The position numbers and the translations under genes were made by a program. The notes beneath the pieces were generated by a model. The model worked only from the letters and a program-made list of their open reading frames with translations, did no database searches and was not told the DNA's origin. Below, in pieces: positions 24,943-37,045 of a stretch of 64,000 bases of DNA; position 1 is the stretch's first letter; each line of letters starts with the position of its first letter. The stretch comes from Anaeramoeba ignava BMAN. Its lineage: Eukaryota; Protista; Anaeramoebae. Location: assembly GCA_028826165.1 (NCBI GenBank), contig JAPDFW010000116.1, positions 62,001 to 126,000 of the forward strand, read 5' to 3'.

Positions 24943-25039
24943 TTTTTGAAAAAGTAAAAAAATGAAAAAATAAATTTTGGATTTTTAATTTTGATTTTTA
25001 ATTTTAATTTTAATTTTAATTTTGATTTTAATTTTAATT

Positions 25040-26812
25040 TTAATTTTGATTTTGATTATTAAATTTGTTAATTAATAAATCAATTAAATTTGGATTTGTT
25101 TGATTTAATTGAAAATAATCAATTCCTGTTTCTAATTCATCAATTATTTCTTGTGTAATTTGAATTTCATCTTTAATTTGATTTGAATAAATCCAATATT
25201 CAAATATTTGAAATGATTTATTACTTAATTCACTATAATCTGTAACTTTATTTGAAGTATCTTCTGTTACAGATAAAAACATTCCTCGATATAATTCACT
25301 TCTCATTATTAATATTAATTTTGGAAATTTATATTGTTTTTCTTTTCTTTCAATTATAAAATCTTTTTCATTTTCATTTTCATTTAAATAAATTCTTTTC
25401 ATTGTTTCTTCAATTTTTTCATTGGAATTTATAATTTCTTTAATTTCAGAATATAATTTTGGATTTATTATTCTGTTTGAATAAATCATTTCAAATATTT
25501 GATTTGATTCTTTAATTGATTTTTTTGAAATAATTTCTTGAAGTTTTTCAATTTCATTTTGATTTAATCTATATTTCAATATTAATTTATGAGCTTCAAT
25601 TATTTCTCCATTTTTGGTTTTAAATGAAATATTACAAAATTCTTTTCTTCTAAATAGTTTTATCAAATCTTCTTCAAGATTGGAAAAAGAAGGAGGAGAA
25701 TAATAAAGAAATGAATTATAATTTCCACAAGAAATATGATAATTAGAAATATATTCATTAAATCTTAATTTAGGAAGTTCAATTTGAATTGGAATTAATT
25801 GATCTTTTGTATCTCCAGTTCCTAATTGACCATGTTCATTATTTCCAAATACTATTAATTTTGAATTGGAAGTTAAAATCAAATTATGATAATCTCCAAC
25901 AGAAAAATCAAGAATATTATTATTTTCAAATAAAGATGATTTGATTTCAGTAAATTCATAAGTATTTCGCTTTTTGTCAAGTCCATTACATTCATAATCT
26001 CCACATGAATAAAGTTTTCTTTTTGGATTTTCATTTTCATTTTCATTTTCAATCAACATTATTGAATGAAAATATCCAGATTGAATATCAATTATTTTGC
26101 CTTTTGGAATATTTTGGATTTGTGTTAATTTATGGATTTCTTCTTCTTTTTTTGATTCTCCTAATCCAAGTTGACCAAAATTACTCCAACCACATCCAAA
26201 TAGTTCTTGATTTGAATTTAAAAGAAAAACATGAAGTGAAGAATTTCCTGAAAATATTTTAGAAACATTTTTCATCATTAAAATTGGTTTTTTTGTTTCT
26301 TTAAGTGTTTCAGAATCAAAACCAAGTTGACAAAAAAAATTATCACCAATTCCATAAACATTTTGATTTGAAGTTAATAAATAAATTGAAGTGTATCCAG
26401 AAACAATATCTTCAATTATTCTATCATTTGTATCTTCAATTAATGATGAAATATTGATAAATTGATTTGGATTTTCTGGATTAATATCTTCTCCTTTGGC
26501 AAATACATTTCCTTCTATTGTTAAAATAGCTTCATTTTCATAACCAACAGTTACTTTTTGAATATTTTCTTCAATTTGGATTTCTTCAGGATTTTGATTT
26601 GAATCTCTTAAATATTCTATTGCTTTTCCATTTTTAAAAAGGAAAATTGTTGAAAAATAACTTGATGAAATTTGTTTAATTTGCTTTTCATTTTCATTTT
26701 CATTTTCATTTTCATTTTCAAATTTAAATTGAATTGGTTTTGTTATTTTATCTGTTTCATTTTTGAAAAGTTTTGGATTTTCATTTAAACCAAAAAATAA
26801 ACAATCATTCAT
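25040..26812 (-). CDS. RCC1-repeat beta-propeller + BTB protein, copy 2 (590 aa, intronless)
   Basis: RCC1 blades (FGCG.SNFGQLGLG, SVGDYHNLIL..FGNNEHGQLGTG). BTB motifs (FCNISF..IEAHKLIL; KDFII..FPKLILIMRSELYRGMF). Confidence 0.92.
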   Translation of the reverse strand: MNDCLFFGLNENPKLFKNETDKITKPIQFKFENENENENENEKQIKQISSSYFSTIFLFKNGKAIEYLRDSNQNPEEIQIEENIQKVTVGYENEAILTIEGNVFAKGEDINPENPNQFINISSLIEDTNDRIIEDIVSGYTSIYLLTSNQNVYGIGDNFFCQLGFDSETLKETKKPILMMKNVSKIFSGNSSLHVFLLNSNQELFGCGWSNFGQLGLGESKKEEEIHKLTQIQNIPKGKIIDIQSGYFHSIMLIENENENENPKRKLYSCGDYECNGLDKKRNTYEFTEIKSSLFENNNILDFSVGDYHNLILTSNSKLIVFGNNEHGQLGTGDTKDQLIPIQIELPKLRFNEYISNYHISCGNYNSFLYYSPPSFSNLEEDLIKLFRRKEFCNISFKTKNGEIIEAHKLILKYRLNQNEIEKLQEIISKKSIKESNQIFEMIYSNRIINPKLYSEIKEIINSNEKIEETMKRIYLNENENEKDFIIERKEKQYKFPKLILIMRSELYRGMFLSVTEDTSNKVTDYSELSNKSFQIFEYWIYSNQIKDEIQITQEIIDELETGIDYFQLNQTNPNLIDLLINKFNNQNQN

Positions 26813-26924
26813 TTTTTGAAAAGAAAAAAAATGAAAAAATAAATTTTGGATTTTAATTTTGATTTTAATTTTGATTTTAATTTTAATTTTAATTTTAATT
26901 TTAATTTTAATTTTGATTTTAATT

Positions 26925-28691
26925 TTAATTTTGATTATTAAATTTATTAATTAATAAATCAATTAAATTTGGATTTGTTTGATTTAATTGAAAATAATCA
27001 ATTCCTGTTTCTAATTCATCAATTATTTCTTGTGTAATTTGAATTTCATCTTTAATTTGATTTGAATAAATCCAATATTCAAATATTTGAAATGATTTAT
27101 TACTTAATTCACTATAATCTGTAACTTTATTTGAAGTATCTTCTGTTACAGATAAAAACATTCCTCTATATAATTCACTTCTCATTATTAATATTAATTT
27201 TGGGAATTTATATTGTTTTTCTTTTCTTTCAATTATAAAATCTTTTTCATTTTCATTTAAATAAATTCTTTTCATTGTTTCTTCTATTTTTTCATTTGAA
27301 TTTATAATTTCTTTAATTTCATAATATAATTTTGGATTTATTATTCTATTTGAATAAATCATTTCAAATATTTGATTTGATTCTTTAATTGATTTTTTTG
27401 AAATAATTTCTTGAAGTTTTTCAATTTCATTTTGATTTAATCCATATTTCAATATTAATTTATGAGCTTCAATCATTTCTCCATTCTTGGTTTTAAATGA
27501 AATATCACAAAATTCTTTTCTTCTAAATAATTTTATCAAATCTTCTTCAAGATTGGAAAAAGAAGGAGGAGAGTAATAAAGAAATGAATTTTGCCAACCA
27601 CAAGAAAGATGATAATTGGAAATATCTTCATTAAATCTTAATTTAGGAAGTTCAATTTGAATTGGAATTAATTGATGTTTTGTATCTCCAGTTCCTAATT
27701 GACCATGTTCATTATTTCCAAATACTATTAATTTTGAATTGGAAGTTAAAATCAAATTATGATCAAATCCAACAGAAAAATCAAGAATATTATTATTTTC
27801 AAATAAAGATGATTTGATTTCAGTAAATTCATAAGTATTTTCATATTCATTTTTATCAAGTCCATTATTTAGATAATATCCACATGAATAAAGTTTTCTT
27901 TTTGGATTTTGATTTTCATTTTCATTTTCATTTTCATTTTCAATCAACATTATTGAATGTTTAATCCCACATTGAATATCAATTATTTTACCTTTTGGAA
28001 TATTTTGGATTTGTGTTAATTTTTGGATTTCTGTATTTTTGTTTATTGATTTTCCTAATCCAAGTTGACCAAAATTACTCCAACCACATCCAAATAATTC
28101 TTGATTTGAATTTAAAAGAAAAACATGAATTGAAGTATTTCCTGAAAATATTTTAGAAACATTTTTCATCATTAAAATTGGTTTTTGTGTACTTAGAAGT
28201 GTTTCAGAATCAAAACCAAGTTGACAAAAAAAATCATCACCAATTCCATAAGCATTTTGATTTGAAGTTAATAAGTAAATTGAACTATATCCAGAAAAAA
28301 TATCTTGAATTATTCTATCATTTCTATCTTCAATTAATGATGAAATATTGATAAATTGATTTGGATTTTTTGGATTAATTTCTTCTCCTTTGGCAAATAC
28401 ATTTCCTTCTATTGTTAAAATAGCTTCATTTTCATTACCAACAGTTAGTTTTTGAATATTTTCTTCAATTTCAATTTCTTTAAGATTTTCACTTAAATAT
28501 TCTATTGCTTTTCCATTTTCAAAAAGGAAAATTATTCGTTCTTCGTTTGATGAAATTTGTTTAATTTGTTTTTCATTTTCATTTTCATTTTCATTTCCAA
28601 ATTTAAATTGAATTGGTTTTGTTATTTTAATTGATTCATTTTTTAAAAGTTTTTGAAATTGATTTAAACCAAAAAATAAACAATCATTCAT
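26925..28691 (-). CDS. RCC1-repeat beta-propeller + BTB protein, copy 3 (588 aa, intronless)
   Basis: Same architecture as copy 2, head-to-tail with ~100-bp spacers. Confidence 0.92.
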   Translation of the reverse strand: MNDCLFFGLNQFQKLLKNESIKITKPIQFKFGNENENENEKQIKQISSNEERIIFLFENGKAIEYLSENLKEIEIEENIQKLTVGNENEAILTIEGNVFAKGEEINPKNPNQFINISSLIEDRNDRIIQDIFSGYSSIYLLTSNQNAYGIGDDFFCQLGFDSETLLSTQKPILMMKNVSKIFSGNTSIHVFLLNSNQELFGCGWSNFGQLGLGKSINKNTEIQKLTQIQNIPKGKIIDIQCGIKHSIMLIENENENENENQNPKRKLYSCGYYLNNGLDKNEYENTYEFTEIKSSLFENNNILDFSVGFDHNLILTSNSKLIVFGNNEHGQLGTGDTKHQLIPIQIELPKLRFNEDISNYHLSCGWQNSFLYYSPPSFSNLEEDLIKLFRRKEFCDISFKTKNGEMIEAHKLILKYGLNQNEIEKLQEIISKKSIKESNQIFEMIYSNRIINPKLYYEIKEIINSNEKIEETMKRIYLNENEKDFIIERKEKQYKFPKLILIMRSELYRGMFLSVTEDTSNKVTDYSELSNKSFQIFEYWIYSNQIKDEIQITQEIIDELETGIDYFQLNQTNPNLIDLLINKFNNQN

Positions 28692-29047
28692 TTTTTTAAA
28701 AAGTAAAAAAAATGAAATCTTAAAATAAAAATAATTTTTTCTTTTTTCTTTTTCTTTCTTGATCTTTTTAATTAAAAAATAATTTTACTTATTTTGCCTT
28801 TTCATTATTTTTTCTTTATTTTTTTTTGTTATTTTTTCTTTTTCATTATTTTAATTTTTCATTTTTTCTTTCTTTTTCTTTCTTTTTCTTTTTTTCATTT
28901 CTTTTTATTTTTTGACAAGAAAAAAAAAAAACAAATTTTAAAAAAAGAGAAAAAGTGCGTTAATAAATTGAAAAAAAAAAATTTAAATTAAAAAAATTAA
29001 ATTAAAAAAATTTTTTTTTCGAAAAACAAAATAAAAAGAAATTAATA

Positions 29048-32000
29048 ATGAGTTGTTGGGAAAAAACAAATAAATTTGGAGTAGCACTTTATTCTTTTAA
29101 AAACAAAGATGCCAAAACTGAACTCCCTCTTAAAATAGGGGATCCCCTTCATATTAAAGAAGAATCAAAAGATTGGTTTCGAGTAAAAAACATTTTAACC
29201 CAAAGAATTGGAATTGTACCAAAAAATTATGTTGATATTATCAATGATCCTCCACCAAATAAAGAAGAATATTTGAAATTGAAAATTTTGCCTTCAATAA
29301 AAACAAATCCAATTATAATTGAAAGTCAAAATGTGTTGATTGAATGGAAAAAACTATTGGATCATATTTGTTATCAAGAGAAAAACTTCAAGAAATTCAG
29401 TGAATTGAAATACAGTATATTAACTTTAATGGGATATCGAGAGAATATGTTAAAAAACAAAGAGCCAAATGAAGAAACAATTAAAATTCAAGAAAATCAA
29501 ATCATTGATTCAATTGATAGATGCAAAAGATTACTTAATATTCCTGTTTTTCCAAGAAGAGAAAATGGAGAAATTGCAGATGAAAATAATATTGGCTTGA
29601 TTAATCTTTATCAATTACATTCTGATCAAATTGCTCAAAACAAAGGAATCACTCAAAAAATTGAGGCTCAATCAACTGGACAAACTGATAATAATCAACT
29701 ACTTCTTGATTTTCAAATGGCTATTCTTCAACTTCCTTCTGAAATGGAACTTCAATTTTTTTTGTTTGATAATGATAAATCTGAGCAAGTTTCTGAGTCT
29801 TATTCTTTTAGGATTGAAAGAAGTGGAATGCATGCAGATATTAATCTTCATGGGAAACTTAAGACTATTTTCAAAGGTATTCAATTTATAAAATTTAAAA
29901 ATAATTTTTATAAAATTTATATAATTTTTTTTATAATTTTCTTTATAATTTTTTCTAGATATCCCAAATTCCGATCTTACACCAAATTTATATCTAGTTT
30001 GTAGAATGATGAGATTAGGAGTTTTACTAATTGATGAAAAACTACAAAAAAAATATAGTAAAAAAAAATGTCGAGAATATAGAAGACCATTTGGATGTGG
30101 AATATTACAATTATCAGAAACAATTCTCAAATACTCAAAAGGAAACATGAAAGAGGAAACAATCAACATGTTTTTACACAGCAGTGATTTTAACTTTTTC
30201 AAACTCCACAAAATGCTAATTTCTGGTGAACAAGGATTGAAACCATTACCTGGTTTGGGTGTTAAAATTTCATGGGTTTTATACGCCGGTGAATATGAAG
30301 ATCTTTTAAGTATCAAAGAATTGGAACTCAATAATAAACTCAATGAAATGGAAAATGCTGAAATGATTCCAACTGATATTGAATCAAATATTGAAACTGA
30401 AAATGAACAAAAAATCGAAAGTGAAAAATCATTTGATCAAAAAACTGAAAATGAAAATCAAAATGAAAATCAAAGTGAAAATCAAAATCAAATTGAAAAT
30501 CAAAATCAAAATCAAAATCAAAATCAAAATCAAAATCAAATTGAAAATCAAAATCAAAGTGAAAATCAAAATGTAAATGAACAGGAAAAGGAAAACAAAG
30601 AATCAGAAACAAGTATTCAAACAAACAGTATAAAAATTGAAACCCAAAATAAAAAAGAACTTGAATCAAAAAATAAAGAGGAACAAGAATATATTGAATC
30701 ACTCAAACATTTCAAACATATTAAAAGCAGTCAGCAAATGAAGTTTCCAGAAGTGATTCTTCCATCATACATTCGGAATGATCTTTATATCACAGTTCAT
30801 TCTGGAGAATTTCTTCAAGATCGTAAACGTTCTGCTAAAAATGTTGAGATGAGAATTTATGTTCGCAAAAACAATGCTGAGAAATTTGATGATTTTGTTG
30901 AAAATTGTATTTCTTTTGGAAATGCAAATGAAACAATCAATTTTTACAAAACATATGTTTATTACCATAAAAACAATCCTTTTTGGGAAGAGACTATTCG
31001 AATTACAATGCCAACTCATTTATTTGAAGAAACACATTTATATATTGAAGCTTATCATTGCACAACCAATGAAAATCATGATAACAAACTTTTTGGATTT
31101 GCTTTTCTTCCTTTTTTCCAGAATGAAGCAATGATTAAACAAGGAAAAGTAACATTACCAACATATAAATATGTTCTCAAAACATTGAAAGAAGAACCAA
31201 CCTTTTATCTTCAGCAACCTGATCCAAAACTGTAAATAATTTGCAAAAACCATTTATAAAAATTATTTAAATATTAAAAATTAAAAAAAATTTTTTTAAA
31301 TAGAAAACAAAAATCAAAATTAACTCAAAGAAAAGAACAAATTGAGCTCTCAATCAATCTATGCTCAACAAAACTTACCCAAGTTTCAAACATCATTGGA
31401 TTACTCAAATGGAAAGGTCACAGCGATGACTTATCCAAAATTCTAAAAGATTTAACATTTTCTGCTCCTTCCGAAATTGTCAAATTTATTCGAGAAATTC
31501 TTGATACATTATTTCAATTACTTGAAGAAAAAGGAAAAGATGAACAAAGTCGAAAAATGATATATGAATCAATTGATTTTGTGATTGGAATTGTTGCAGA
31601 CAAACGATTCAAAACATTTATGCCAGTTGTCAACGATTATATCCAAACAAGATTCTCAAGAGCTTCAGATAGCAAAGATGAAAACACATCAAAAGAAAAT
31701 GAAATACTTACTAAATCACTTTGCAAAGTGTATGTTTTCTACATGGATAAGCTCAAATCAATGCTTTCTGATTTCCAAGAATCAAACAGAAAAACTCTAT
31801 TAAACACACTTAGAGTAATTGAATATGTTTTCAAATTCATCATTTATTCCTGGCTTTTGAACATCCACGAAAACCCCAACGAAGCAAATAACCAACAAAA
31901 ATTCATCTCTGATATTAAAGGTATTATATTAAAGCTCCAAGACTTAATGTCGCGTACTCAACCTGTTTGGATCAATGCTGCTCAAGATATGGCGCTCAGA

Positions 32001-34797
32001 AATCTCAAATCAATTTTTTTCGATTTATCAAAAGTTCTTCGACAAGATGATCTCACAAATTCATTCAAATCAATGATTCTGTCAATTCGAATGGAATCAC
32101 TTAAAGGATTGAATCATTCAAAACTCGACTGGATCATCAGTTTGCTTAAACAGGGTTTGTTTGATGATCCAGACTCTCGTTCTGTTATTTTCCCTTTGCT
32201 TTTTGAGCAAATATCTTTCCATTACAAACAATCAGAAGAAGAACTCAAACTTTGTATTGATATTGTTAAGATTATCATCAACAAGGCTTTTGAGGATTTA
32301 CGTTTGCCGGATTCCAAAAATTCTCGAAATTTCATCAAAGATATTTATTCTTTACCAAGAAAAATATTCGAATTACTCGCTCATATTAAGTATTTAGAAG
32401 AACAAGAAATCGAAGAAGTAAAATCAAAATATGAGAAAAAATTCCAGAAATCACAAAAAGAAGATAAACAACAAGACCCAAAAAAACCAACTCAACCAAA
32501 AAATACTCAAATTACATCTATTGAAGATACAAAAGAATATAAAGATAAAATTGCGCGTGTGAAAAGTAAAAGAGAAGAATTAACAAGAAGTTTAGTCACT
32601 TGTATTTTGATGCTATTTTCCACAGTAAACGAAAAAGAAATCAATTTATTTTTTGAAAATTATGATTCAAGACTAAGAGTAAGACCAAGATTTCTTGATA
32701 GTACTTTCTCTCTTTTTATGGATTTAATAAAAAATCCTATTTATCTTGATGATTTCGAACGGTTCGAAATGATTCAATACAAAATTATCATGAAAGGATT
32801 CAAAATGTTTCATACATTGATGAAAAATTTCACTGGAAGATCCTTTATATTTAAATTATGGAATTTGTATTTGGAAACTCTAATTTGTTTTATAAATTTA
32901 CCAAAGCTTCAACTTGAGAAATTATCAAATTTTGAGAAGCATAAAATACTTGAATTATGTGGTGGAGATTTAAGGTTAATATGTGTTGATTTATTGGATA
33001 ATTCTTGGAAATTGATTGGAAAAAGAGAATATGATTTCATTTCAAATAAAACAGAAGATTTTCTTTCTTTTATGTTACTTGATAATGAGAAAATAAAAGA
33101 ACTTGGTTTAAATATTTATTATTCAATGTTGAAATGTGAGATTGAAAAAACTCAAAATTTCAAGCAAATTGAACAAAGTACTGTTGATACAATTTATCAT
33201 TTTATTCGGGAAGAAAAGGATAAGAAATTTACTGATTATTTCTTTAAAAATATTGAACCCAAATTCAAGCAAGATTCAAAACTGAAAGAAAAGGTTAAAA
33301 TTAAAATTTAAAATTGAAATAAAATAATTTAAATATTTTTATAAATTTATTAGAGTTCAAACTTTGTTGAACAAGTTCATCAATTAATGAACCAAATTAC
33401 AAAATTGAAAGATTATCCAGAACAAGAAAAATACGAAGATGAAAGAACATTTGTATTACTCAATTTAATGGATTATTTATACAGAACAAAAAGATACTCA
33501 ATGTATTCAAGATATACTCATTTATTAAGTCAATTACATTTTAAAAATGGAAATTTCACAGAAGCTGCATTAGCTTTAACAAAAGTAATAGAAATCTTGG
33601 AATGGAATGAAGAAACAATAGAGGAAAAAATGGATGAAGGAATGTTTAATTATCCAAGAGAGTCTTCTTCTTCTCGAAAAGAAAGAATCATCTTAAATGC
33701 TATTGATTACTTTGATAAAGGAAAATCTTGGGAAAATACAATTAGTTTAATTGATTCTTTACAAGAACAATATCAAAAGAATTATGAATATGAGAAATTA
33801 TCAGATTTAATGAAAAGAAAAGGTGAAATGTATTCCAAAATTGTTTCAACAGAAAGATTTTTTGCAAATTATTTTAGAATTGGTTATTATGGAAATGGTT
33901 TTAATCAAGAAATTTATCGTGAATTTAAAAACAAAGAGTTTATTTATCGTGGAGCAGAACTTGAACAATTAAGTGTTTTTATGGAAAAGATTAAAGCAAA
34001 GTTTCCTGAAGCTAAGATTGGTTCAGATGATCCAAATATTGCAGATAAAAATAAAAATATACAATATATTCAGATATCATCATTAACAACTTCATCATTT
34101 GAAGAAGTAATTAATTTAATTTAATTTAATTTAATTTAAATTAAAAATTGAAATTTGATTTAAAATTTTATAGAAAGAAGGGAAAAAAAAAGAATACGAT
34201 CCAAAAATGCCTGAAAAGATTAAAAGATTTTATCAAAATAACGGACTTCAAGTATTTATGTATTCAAAACCATTCCGTAAAACAAAAGAAAAAAGTGATA
34301 ATGAATTTAAAGATTTATGGCTTCGAACAACATATTTAATTTCAGAAGATCCATTCCCATTATTTATAAGAAGATCACCAGTCAAAGAAAAGATTATTGT
34401 TGAATTATCACCAATTCATAATGCAATCAATAGTGTAAATGAAAAGAATGATGATTTAGAAAAAATGATAACAAAATATGAGGATTATGATGGGAAGAAT
34501 GTAAGTCCATTCTCTATGGCTTTTAATGGAGTTATTGATGCTGCTGTTAATGGTGGAGTGTTTAGATATCAAGATGCATTTTTTAATCCTGATTTTTTAA
34601 AAGAAGATAAACAACATGAAAATCTTGTTAAAGAATTAAAATTATCTTTAAAGAAACAACAAGAAATACTTGAAGCTGGTGTTTCTTTACATTCAAGAAT
34701 TTGTCCTGATGAAATGAGACCTTTCCATGAAAATATGGAAAAACAATTTGCTAAAATGAAAGGACTTATTTTACCAAGTCTTCAAGATTTAAATTGA
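29048..34797 (+). CDS. DOCK-A/B (DOCK180-like) Rac GEF: SH3, DHR1/C2, DHR2; exons 29048-29876, 29959-31231, 31304-33293, 33354-34106, 34174-34797
   Basis: N-terminal SH3 (ALYSF..ELPLKIGD..DWF..GIVPKNYV). YRRPFGCG, RNDLYITV.SGEF, VYYHKNNPFWEETI (DHR1). NFTEAAL, YFRIGYYG, KEFIYRG, GVIDAAVNGG (DHR2). Confidence 0.93.
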
Positions 34798-35020
34798 TTT
34801 CTTTCTTTTTTTTATTTTTTCCTTTTAATTCTTTAATAATTATAATTTTTGTTCCACTTTTTTTTTTTTTTACTCTTTTTTTCTTTCTTTCTTTTTCTGA
34901 TTCTTTTTCACACACAAAAAAAAAATAACAAAATCTTAATAAAAGAATCAAATCCAAAAAACATTTTTTTTTATTTTAAAGAATTATACATTTTGATTAA
35001 TTTTTTAAATTTAATAAAAA

Positions 35021-36764
35021 TTATTTTCTGTAATTTGATTTTGAAATAAAACCACTTTCAACTTCAGCAATTTTTCTTTTAAGAGAACTAATTTCCTTTT
35101 CATAATTTTCATTAACTCTTTTCAAAATAGAATTTTCAGTTGAAGAAGTTTGAAGTTGATTTTGAGATTCTTCAATTTTTGAAATTAATCTTCTATTTTC
35201 TTCAATTAATGTTTGTTGAATTGAATCTAATTGAATATGTTTTTCAGATTTTGAATTTTGATTTAATTCTTCAATTTGTTTTTTAAGTTGATCTTTTTCT
35301 TCTCTAAATATTTCATTTTCTTTCAATAATTTTTCAATTTCAATAACTAAATTTTTATTGGCTTCAATTAAATCTGAACTAATTTTTGCTTGATTTAATA
35401 AACTTTGGTTTTCTAATTCAAGTTTTTTATTCAAATTTTCAATATTTTCTTGATTTTGTTTTAATTTATCAATTTCTTCTTTTAAAATTAAAACTTCATT
35501 TTCAAGTTCATTTTGTTTTTTATTTGAATTTTCTTGTGAAGTTTTAAGTAATTCATTTTGTTCTTCAAGATTTTGTGCATTTTCTTTAAGTTTCTCGTTT
35601 TTATTCAATAAATTTTCAATTTCTTCACTTAATTTTTGATTAACAGAAATTAAAGTTGAATGAACACTTGTTTTCACTTTATCATTATCATTATCACTAT
35701 TATTCACATTTATGCTTGTATTTATTATTGGTATATTTTTCTCTTGATTTTTCAAAGAAGGATAAGTTTGCGGCACTTCAGGTTTATTGGCAGAATTTGA
35801 TAAAGAATCATTTTGATCCAAATTTTGTTTTATTTTTGTTTTTGGTTTTGTTTTTGGTTTTGGAAAATATTGACCTATTTTCTTTGTTTTAACATGTGCT
35901 TCTATTTGTTTTGAATCTGGGGTTTTTGGCTCTGGATTCTCTATATTCTTTTCACTAAATGAAACTTTAAGATTCTTGTTCTTGTTTCTTTTTTCTTTTG
36001 GTATTTTAAGTTGCATTTTATCTGTTCTTGGACTAAATTGTTGTTTTCCTGGGTCTTCATGAGGTCGTGATTCTGAATTGTTTGGTGATTTACGTGCTAC
36101 TTTTAATTTTAAGCTTCTTCGCTTAAATTTCTTTGATGGATCTGGTGATGGAAATTTTATTTCCTTTGTTGTTTTTGTTGGTGAATTAAGTGATTTTTGC
36201 TCATTTATTTTCCCTTTTTCAACTTGTTTTTTGATTGCTCTTTTATTTAAAGTTAAACTACGTAAAACTTTATGTGGAAAATTTTGCTTTTTGTTGTTCT
36301 TGTTTTGGTTTTTTAATTGAGTTTAAATTGCCTTGATTTTTAACATATTGGATCGTTTTTTTGGATGTTGTATTTGTATTTTGTAAAGTTTCGCCTAATG
36401 AACCGTTTTTGGATTTTTTTTGTGAGTAAATTTTATGTTGATTATTTATTGTTTTTTTATTTGATTACTTTTTTTTCCATGTTGTTCGCAATAGAACTTT
36501 CCGTCCTTAATTACTACGCTTGTTGGATATAGTTGTAATTGGCAATGCTCACATCTTTTTGTTTGTTTTGTTTGTTTTGTAAACATTTGTTTTTGTTAGT
36601 TATTTTTTTTCTCTTTTTATTCGTTTTGTTTTTTATTTGTTTTTTTTTTACTTGAGACAATTTTTATGAACTACTAAATCGTTAATAACAAATCTATCAA
36701 TTATTTTAACTGGATTTTTGCAAATAACACATGTATTTGTTTTTATATATGAATTAGATATCAT
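35021..36764 (-). CDS. LIM-domain protein with a C-terminal coiled coil; model needs homopolymer frameshift corrections around 36300-36450
   Basis: ATG at 36764. CVICKNPV..DRFVINDLVVHKNCLK|CEHCQLQL...DGKFYCEQH is a complete LIM zinc-finger across an intron at ~36555-36651. Downstream ORF 36016-35021 is a heptad coiled coil. The link between the two parts is inferred. Confidence 0.65.
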
Positions 36765-37045
36765 TCTTCTTTTTAAATTTTTTTTTTGAAATTAAAAAAA
36801 GCAAAAAAAAAATGAAAAAAAAAATTTCCAAAAAAAAAAAAATTTTTTTTAATCAAATTTAGATCAAATTTAAGAAGTAAAAAACTTCTAAAATAATTCA
36901 AATTTAAATTTAAATTCAATTCCAATTTAAAAAGAAAATTATTTTTATTCCACTTTTAATTATTTTTTCAATTTATTTTTTTTTTCATTTTTTTTTTCTA
37001 TCATTTTTTCTATCATTTTTTTTTCTTTAAATAATAATTATAAAA

